Assembly: GCA_002401955.1 (NCBI GenBank)
Contig: NVUQ01000006.1
Coordinates: forward strand, 19,061-83,060
From: Flavobacteriales bacterium
GTDB lineage: Bacteria > Bacteroidota > Bacteroidia > Flavobacteriales_E > Vicingaceae
Direction: 5' to 3'
DNA length: 64,000 nucleotides
Shown one piece after another: positions 57,626 through 64,000 of the stretch. Position numbers and translations under genes: made by a program. Within the stretch, counting starts at the first letter, position 1. Each line of letters opens with the position of its first letter. Below the pieces are notes generated by a model. The model ran no database searches, had not been told where the DNA came from, and was given only the letters and a program-made list of their open reading frames with translations.

Positions 57626-58186
57626 ATGAAAGAAGAAATTCATAAGTGCATAGAGGTATTAAAAGCTGGAGGTCTAATCCTCTACCCTACTGATACTGTT
57701 TGGGGAATTGGCTGTGATGCTACTAATGAAAAAGCAGTTCAGAAAGTTTTTGATTTAAAAAAAAGAACAGATTCTAAAAGCTTAATTGTTATTGTAGCTA
57801 ATGATAGAATGCTAAACTACCATGTAAATGATGTTCCAGAATTGGCTTGGGATATTGTTGATATTTCAAATAAACCTACAACTATCATTTATGAGGATGG
57901 GAAAAATTTAGCTATAAATGTAATGGCAGAAGATAAAAGCATTGCCATTAGAATGATCAAAGAAGGTTTTGCTCATCAATTGGCATTTAATTATCGTAAA
58001 CCGATTGTTTCTACCTCAGCTAACATTAGCACTTCTCCTACTCCAAATTCTTATAATGAAATTTCTGATGAAATTAAAAATGGTGTTGATCTTATTGTAA
58101 ATCATTCTTTTGATTCAGGAAACAAGAAACCATCTTCTTTGATTAAACTAGATTTAAATGGAGAAATTCAAATAATAAGAAAGTAA
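57626..58186 (+). CDS. L-threonylcarbamoyladenylate synthase (Sua5/YrdC/YwlC family, YrdC domain only)
   Basis: Trimmed to the ATG. ILYPTDTVWGIGCDA and STSANIS motifs. Confidence 0.8.
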   Translation: MKEEIHKCIEVLKAGGLILYPTDTVWGIGCDATNEKAVQKVFDLKKRTDSKSLIVIVANDRMLNYHVNDVPELAWDIVDISNKPTTIIYEDGKNLAINVMAEDKSIAIRMIKEGFAHQLAFNYRKPIVSTSANISTSPTPNSYNEISDEIKNGVDLIVNHSFDSGNKKPSSLIKLDLNGEIQIIRK

Positions 58187-58417
58187 CCATCCCTCCCTAT
58201 CTAATTTATTTCTAACTAGTTTAAATTCCTTTTATCTTAAAAGGAACCCTCTTAATATTAAATTATAAGGCTAATACCTATCAGGCAGAAACTCGTTCAA
58301 TGCATACCTAAAAGGAGAAGAGGAAGAATACAAGAAAAAAAAATCATAAGTATAAGTACCTACCTATATTTTAAGTATATTTACCTTACGATTACTTCTT
58401 CTTTAAATGTATGGTAT

Positions 58418-61300
58418 ATGAAAACACCTAACTATTTATCCATAAAAGGTTACTGTTCCTTTGCACTAATCTTCCTACTACTCTCTTTTTCTCAATTAGC
58501 TAAAAGTCAATGCCCTGTTCCAAACCCTACAGGAACAGATAATTGCTCATATAACAACGGAAATATACTATTAACAGCTAGTGGTAGTTCTGGATTTTAC
58601 AATTGGTATGAAAATTCTTCTGGTGGTATTGTTATCGGCTCAGGGAGTTCTTTCACTACCCCAAATATTTCAAGTTCTACAACCTATTATGTATCTGCTT
58701 CTGATACAAATGCAGCACTATTGTTTGATGGAAATGATGATTATGTAGCAATCAATTATTCATATAATACTGCTGGATCGCTTAACGAATTTACTGTAGA
58801 AGCATGGGTAAGTACTACTTTTGTTGGTAGCTCATATAATGACAACTGGGCAATAATAGATTTTGATAGAAGTGAATATTTTAATCTTTTTGTTAGAGGT
58901 GATAATGGCGAAGTTGGTTTCTCAACTAACGCAAGTGGTATAGATGATTTTTACACCTCAGGAAATCCTGTTAATGATGGTTTATGGCACCATATTGTTG
59001 CAGTATATGATGGTACTGATAAAATAATATATGTTGATGGGACTGAAGTTGCAAGAAAAAGTAATGCACATAATGGAGCAAATATTGGAAGTGGAACAAC
59101 AAGGTTTGGTTTTTTAGGAGAAGGATCAGAGGCTTCTAGTTACAATGGCTCAAGAAACAACATCTACTATAACGGAAAAATTGACGAAGTAAGATTATGG
59201 CACACTACTAGAACCGCGGCTGAAATATCTACATTCAAAGATTCATGTCTAACAGGTTCCGAATCGGATCTCATCATCTATTACAATATGAATGAATTTC
59301 AAGGTACAACACTTAATGATTTAACTGGAGGAGGTGCTGATGGTACAATGATGAATTTTAACACTTCTACCGCATGGATAAATGGAATATTGAATAATTG
59401 TGATTGTGAAAGCTCTAGAATTCCTGTTACAGCTTCAATTTCGAACGGAAACCTTAATGACATTAAATTAGCCTGTGGAACTAACACATTAGATGGGGGT
59501 ATAGGTTTTTTATCCTATTTATGGAACACAGGTGAAACCTCACAAAGAATAAACCCTACCTCACCAGGATTTTATTACGTAACTACTACAGGACCATGTT
59601 CTGGATCTGATACCGTTTCTGTAGTCGGATATTCTGATGCCATAAATTTATTATCTTTTGATGGTTCAGACGACTATACAGCAATAAATAATTTTTATTA
59701 TCAAGGAACAAATTATCAGGAATTAACCGTTGAAACATGGATTAAAACAACCAACGCTGGAGATCAAGTAATTGCCTCTTTTGACAGAAGTGATTACTGG
59801 CGTTTAGAAATAAATGGTAATGGTGGCGGTGCAGGACAAATTGGTTTTGATATAAACACAAACAGTGGTATTTTAGACTTTGGTTCTAACTCAAGAATAG
59901 ATGATGGCGAATGGCACCATGTTGCTGCTACTTTTAATAATGGAACAGTAAATATTTATATAGATGGTAACCTTGATGCCACTACTAATGCAGGTTCTTC
60001 ATTCGGCTCATCAAATATTCGTTACGGATTCCTAGGAACCGGCTCTGAGAGTAATACCTATAATGGTACAACTGGTCCAAACAGTTATTTTGATGGAGAA
60101 ATGGATGAGTTTAGAGTTTGGAACAAAGCCAAAACAATTACTGAAATTAGAGATGAAATGTCTAAACACATTGCAGGAAACACCTCAAATTTAGAAATCT
60201 ATTATAAATTTGATGAATTATCAGGGAGTACGATAATGGATTATTCAACAGATTCAAAACAAAATTGCGAATTACAAAATTTCTCAGCCACACCATTAGT
60301 TACCTCAGGTGCATTTATTGGAGATGAATCAACTTACCTATATACCAACTCTTGGGCTGGTCAAAATATCTCTTTAAACTCTTGTGATGGAGAAATATTT
60401 ACCGTTAGCAATATCGCAGGAAGCCCTTCAGGTGTAATAGTTTACTATGTAAACACTACACCTAATAACACTTCTGGTATTATTGGTATTGGAGGTAATG
60501 ATAGATACTTTGGAGTTCATAAATTCAATGATTTAACTGCTACATATACTGCCACGTATAACTACCCTGGCAATCCTTACGTATCAGCTTTTAACGAACC
60601 AACACTTACATTATTTAAAAGACCCGATAATACAGCAACTGTATGGACAGATGCTGTAGCAACTCTAGATATAATAAACAAAACTCTAACAGCTACAGCA
60701 CAAGGTACTCAGTTTATTTTAGGATCAACAGGACTACCCTTACCTATTGATTTATTGAGTTTTACTGCAAATATTAATAACAATAATGTTGATCTGAAAT
60801 GGATTACAAGTACAGAAATTAATAACGATTATTTTACTATAGAACGTAGTTCGGATGGTATAGATTGGGAAGATATTTTAAAGATTGATGGAGCTGGTAA
60901 TAGTAATCAAATTATAGAATATTTTGAAATTGATTACAAACCATTAGAGGGCTTATCTTATTATAGAATAAAACAAACAGACAATAATGGTGAATTTTCT
61001 TATTCAAATATTGTACCTGTAAGATTTGAAAAGAATGAAAATGGAATTATTAATTTATTTCCAAACCCCATAAAACAAGGAGAAATACTTAATATAGAAC
61101 TTGGAAATATTATAGGTCCAGAATATTTACTTATACTGAGAGATATCCAAGGAAAAGAATTTTACTCTAAAGTTGTTCTAAAAATTGATGCCAATAATTT
61201 AATTGGACTTCCTATTAACGATAATATTCCAAAAGGAATATACCTTATAACTGCATCTTCTGAGGATTCAATTTATAGTCAAAAAATACTTATTCGTTAA
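58418..61300 (+). CDS. secreted protein with two LamG/concanavalin-A-like lectin domains and a T9SS C-terminal sorting domain
   Basis: 960 aa. Each LamG unit has FDG.DDY..I.., WHH(I/V)AA..DG, and DE(V/F)R(L/V)WN...T..EI. The C-terminus is NLFPNPIKQGEILNIEL...GIYLITASS. Confidence 0.75.
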   Translation: MKTPNYLSIKGYCSFALIFLLLSFSQLAKSQCPVPNPTGTDNCSYNNGNILLTASGSSGFYNWYENSSGGIVIGSGSSFTTPNISSSTTYYVSASDTNAALLFDGNDDYVAINYSYNTAGSLNEFTVEAWVSTTFVGSSYNDNWAIIDFDRSEYFNLFVRGDNGEVGFSTNASGIDDFYTSGNPVNDGLWHHIVAVYDGTDKIIYVDGTEVARKSNAHNGANIGSGTTRFGFLGEGSEASSYNGSRNNIYYNGKIDEVRLWHTTRTAAEISTFKDSCLTGSESDLIIYYNMNEFQGTTLNDLTGGGADGTMMNFNTSTAWINGILNNCDCESSRIPVTASISNGNLNDIKLACGTNTLDGGIGFLSYLWNTGETSQRINPTSPGFYYVTTTGPCSGSDTVSVVGYSDAINLLSFDGSDDYTAINNFYYQGTNYQELTVETWIKTTNAGDQVIASFDRSDYWRLEINGNGGGAGQIGFDINTNSGILDFGSNSRIDDGEWHHVAATFNNGTVNIYIDGNLDATTNAGSSFGSSNIRYGFLGTGSESNTYNGTTGPNSYFDGEMDEFRVWNKAKTITEIRDEMSKHIAGNTSNLEIYYKFDELSGSTIMDYSTDSKQNCELQNFSATPLVTSGAFIGDESTYLYTNSWAGQNISLNSCDGEIFTVSNIAGSPSGVIVYYVNTTPNNTSGIIGIGGNDRYFGVHKFNDLTATYTATYNYPGNPYVSAFNEPTLTLFKRPDNTATVWTDAVATLDIINKTLTATAQGTQFILGSTGLPLPIDLLSFTANINNNNVDLKWITSTEINNDYFTIERSSDGIDWEDILKIDGAGNSNQIIEYFEIDYKPLEGLSYYRIKQTDNNGEFSYSNIVPVRFEKNENGIINLFPNPIKQGEILNIELGNIIGPEYLLILRDIQGKEFYSKVVLKIDANNLIGLPINDNIPKGIYLITASSEDSIYSQKILIR

Positions 61301-61460
61301 ATAATATACTATACTTCAAAAATCAACGATACAATAAACTCGCTTTTTAAAAAAAATCTGTAACTTTACTTATTAGAGTATTAGGTTGTTATACTAATTA
61401 TTGTAACCTTAATTATACTTAATGCGTACGTTAAAATTACTTAATTAACAATCAGATTTT

Positions 61461-64000
61461 ATGAATAAAAACCTACCACTTTCAATCGTATTATTTTTTT
61501 TAGTAACAATTAACATTCAAGCCGCCAATAGATATTGGGTGGCGGGAGCAACAAGTAATTGGAACAATACTGCAAACTGGTCAACTGCAAATGGAGGTTC
61601 AGGGGGTGCTTCGGTTCCTTTAGCAACTGATGTTGCTATTTTTAATGCTAATGGTTTAGGAAACTGTAACATTGATATTCTTGCAACTATTGGTGGATTA
61701 ACAGTTAATGGATATACCTCAACTATAGACTTAACTGGCTTTATTTTTACAAGTGCAGGTAATGTAACCTTAAAATCAGGAACCATAAATGATACCCCAG
61801 GAACTGGATCTTTAACGATTAATTCTACTGCAACTGCTAGATTTACAGGAACAGTATTTGGAGCTATTGTAAATGCTACTTCCTCTAGAGTCTATTTAAG
61901 TGGTAGTACTTTTAATGCTGCTGCTGTGTTCACAAAAAATGGAGGTGGTAATGATGGAGGTTCAGGTGGAAACACATTTAACTCAACAGTATCAATAACC
62001 AATTCTGGAACTGGCTACTTTATGCTAGCCAATACAAACCCTGACACCTTTAATGGTGATTTAACCCTTACTAATTCTGGAACCCAAATAATTTATCTTG
62101 CACATAATTCGGCTGGAAATCTTTTTAATGGTAACATTACAATTAATGCAACTTCGGGGAATGGTATACGTTTTGGACAAGGTTCATTAGGAACAGCAAC
62201 TTTAGCTTCTACAAAAACAATGGCTATAGGTGGTAGTGGTTTTTCTGCTGGAAGACTTGAAATTGCTAGATTTACCCAACTCGGAACAAGTGCTCAAACC
62301 CTTACTTTAACTGGCTCAGCAATACTAGATCTTGAAACTAATTGTATATGGAATGGGAACGTTAATGTTTCAGCACCAAGAATATATATAGAATCTAATA
62401 CATTTAATGGTACTGCTGTATTTACAAAAACAGGAGCAAACAATGATTATAACGTAGGAGGCAACACTTTTAATTCAACAGCATCTATTATTAATGATGG
62501 TACAGGCCATTTATATTTTGCCCAAACAAACCCTGATACATTCAATAATGATGCTACATTAATTGTTAGTGGTACAGGAAGAATTTATCTTGCAAACGCG
62601 GCAACGGGTAATGTGTTCAATGGAAGTATATTCATTAATTATATTACAAACTCGAATATCTATATCGGAAATAGTTCAGGAACAAGTACACTTTCAAGTG
62701 GTAAAACCATAAATATAATAGGAGCTGGAGCTTCTGGAACTGGTAATTTATATTTAGAAGAATTTACTCAATTGGGGGCAACAACTCAGGGAATTGTAAT
62801 GAATGGCACAGGAGTTCTCTCAATTGGACCAAACTCTACATTTAATGGTGATTTAAGTACATCTACTCCTAGAATATATTTGCGAGGGTCTACATTTAAT
62901 GGCGTTTCAACCTTTGAAAAAACAGGCGCTTCCAATGATGCTTCGGCTGGAGGAAATACATTTAACATGGATGTTAATTTTATAAACAGCGGTAGTGGTT
63001 ATTTTATGATGGGTAATGGCACGTTAGATACCTATGATGGAAATGTTAACATTACTAATTCAGGTACTTACAACATGTATTTTGCTCAAGGAGGTTCTGG
63101 ACATATTGTTAATGGTAACTTAACTGTTAACAATACCGCAACAGGTTCTAGCAACTCCATATATCTTGCAAGAAACACAGGAGCAACTCTAACGGTAAAT
63201 GGAAATACAATCATTAATAATGGTGGAACTGCGACTAATAACAGTATATTTTTAGGTTCTAATGGCGGAATTACTTTTAATGGAACCCTTGACTTAAATA
63301 ATATTGGATCTGGTACCAGTTCAGAAATATTTTGTAATTATAGTTTAAATAGTTCAAATTTTTATAACGAAAATATAACGGTGTCTTCTACCAATGGTGA
63401 TGGAATTCGTTTCGGACAAAACAATGGGTCTTCTACCCTTGCTGCTACAAAAACCATAACAGTTGGTGGAACTGGATATACCACTGGAGAATTAAGATTA
63501 AGAAACTTTACTCAAGTTGGAAATACAGCCCAAGCATTAACCTTAACAGGTGCAGCTTATTTGTACAATTATGATGCTAACTGGGGAGGTGATGTTACTT
63601 TTATTGCTCCTAGAAACAATACTAGAGGAACTACTTATAATAGAACTGCCTACATTGAAAAAACAGGTGCTTCCAATGAAGCTTCGGTTGGAGGAAATAC
63701 ATTTAGTATGGATGCTACCTTTACAAACAGTGGTAGTGGTTATTTTATGATGGGTAATGGTACATCAGACAACTACTCTGCTAACGTTACTTTAAACAAT
63801 ACTGGAACCAACCGCCTTTATTTTGCATTTAATGGCCCTGGACATATTGTTAATGGTGATTTAATAGCAACTAATTCTGCTACTGGCAGCTCCAACCCTG
63901 CAATATACATTGGATCTGGTAGTACTTCTACCCTATTAATAAATGGTAATGTCTCTTTAACTCAAAATGGTTCTGGAACAACACTTTATACTTATTTTGG
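61461..64000 (+). CDS. giant repeat-rich beta-helix/adhesin-like secreted protein, N-terminal part, open at window end
   Basis: Own translation from the ATG at 61461: MNKNLPLSIVLFFLVTINIQAANRYWVAGATSNWNNTANWSTANGGSGGASVP... The frame stays open to 64000 and shows recurrent GGNTFN..(V/A).(I/F).N.G.GYF...N...D.(F/Y).G(D/N) blocks. It is absent from the ORF track because it is open at the edge. Confidence 0.75.
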   Translation, partial: MNKNLPLSIVLFFLVTINIQAANRYWVAGATSNWNNTANWSTANGGSGGASVPLATDVAIFNANGLGNCNIDILATIGGLTVNGYTSTIDLTGFIFTSAGNVTLKSGTINDTPGTGSLTINSTATARFTGTVFGAIVNATSSRVYLSGSTFNAAAVFTKNGGGNDGGSGGNTFNSTVSITNSGTGYFMLANTNPDTFNGDLTLTNSGTQIIYLAHNSAGNLFNGNITINATSGNGIRFGQGSLGTATLASTKTMAIGGSGFSAGRLEIARFTQLGTSAQTLTLTGSAILDLETNCIWNGNVNVSAPRIYIESNTFNGTAVFTKTGANNDYNVGGNTFNSTASIINDGTGHLYFAQTNPDTFNNDATLIVSGTGRIYLANAATGNVFNGSIFINYITNSNIYIGNSSGTSTLSSGKTINIIGAGASGTGNLYLEEFTQLGATTQGIVMNGTGVLSIGPNSTFNGDLSTSTPRIYLRGSTFNGVSTFEKTGASNDASAGGNTFNMDVNFINSGSGYFMMGNGTLDTYDGNVNITNSGTYNMYFAQGGSGHIVNGNLTVNNTATGSSNSIYLARNTGATLTVNGNTIINNGGTATNNSIFLGSNGGITFNGTLDLNNIGSGTSSEIFCNYSLNSSNFYNENITVSSTNGDGIRFGQNNGSSTLAATKTITVGGTGYTTGELRLRNFTQVGNTAQALTLTGAAYLYNYDANWGGDVTFIAPRNNTRGTTYNRTAYIEKTGASNEASVGGNTFSMDATFTNSGSGYFMMGNGTSDNYSANVTLNNTGTNRLYFAFNGPGHIVNGDLIATNSATGSSNPAIYIGSGSTSTLLINGNVSLTQNGSGTTLYTYF

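Noticed and set aside
1862-63750. Short ORFs in the supplied track that lie inside or antisense to much longer, motif-supported genes: 1862..2047, 3028..3267, 3783..4013, 4903..5085, 8090..8368, 12260..12505, 12699..12914, 13676..13885, 18534..18722, 22948..23145, 23230..23478, 27120..27386, 28074..28292, 28542..28775, 32825..33010, 33454..33720, 34316..34534, 34791..34988, 43197..43397, 48041..48259, 54757..54945, 56540..56776, 59299..59487, 61517..61786, 62786..62968, 63550..63750.
   Set aside because: Each one overlaps a longer ORF that has recognisable family motifs. Their translations are low-complexity (I/L/F/K/S-rich), as expected from chance open frames in AT-rich DNA. None has a signal, motif or sensible intergenic context.

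Overview
This is a low-GC chromosomal window that looks like Bacteroidota, probably Flavobacteriia. The taxonomic pointers are three proteins with T9SS C-terminal sorting domains, a GWxTD protein, a type-A RNase P RNA and a TAnnTTTG-like -7 box. Most of the window is ordinary core genome. It includes topoisomerase IV (parE and a partial parC), an HtrA protease, two POT peptide permeases next to DPP-IV, pckA, xth, rocD, rlmD, a Sua5/YrdC protein, PBP4, a FadL-like porin with an SGNH hydrolase, and several large secreted or T9SS proteins.

The stand-out is an integrative element of about 11.2 kb (35428..46597) inserted in the 3' end of tRNA-Ser(UGA) and bounded by a perfect 16-bp direct repeat.
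- Core module: tyrosine integrase, a 289-aa unknown protein, an Xis-like HTH protein, a RecA-like ATPase, and a Zn-ribbon/Toprim primase-like protein. An iteron-plus-palindrome cluster (candidate ori) sits between the ATPase and primase genes.
- Cargo (about 5 kb, uncharacterised): secreted TPR proteins, small cytoplasmic immunity-like proteins, a 5'-truncated PP2C phosphatase fragment, and degenerate relics of a duplicated gene junction.
- No relaxase, capsid or terminase genes are visible, so the element resembles a satellite-like or cryptic replicative island.

Other points worth a second look:
- a chromosomal XRE-S24 (CI/LexA-like) plus ORF6N two-gene module with a perfect 11-bp inverted-repeat operator candidate;
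- a YfiR(DUF4154)/coiled-coil/TM/PP2C fusion protein;
- a giant repeat-rich beta-helix adhesin-like ORF that runs off the window end.

All protein calls come from motif recognition by eye. No database search or HMM was run.
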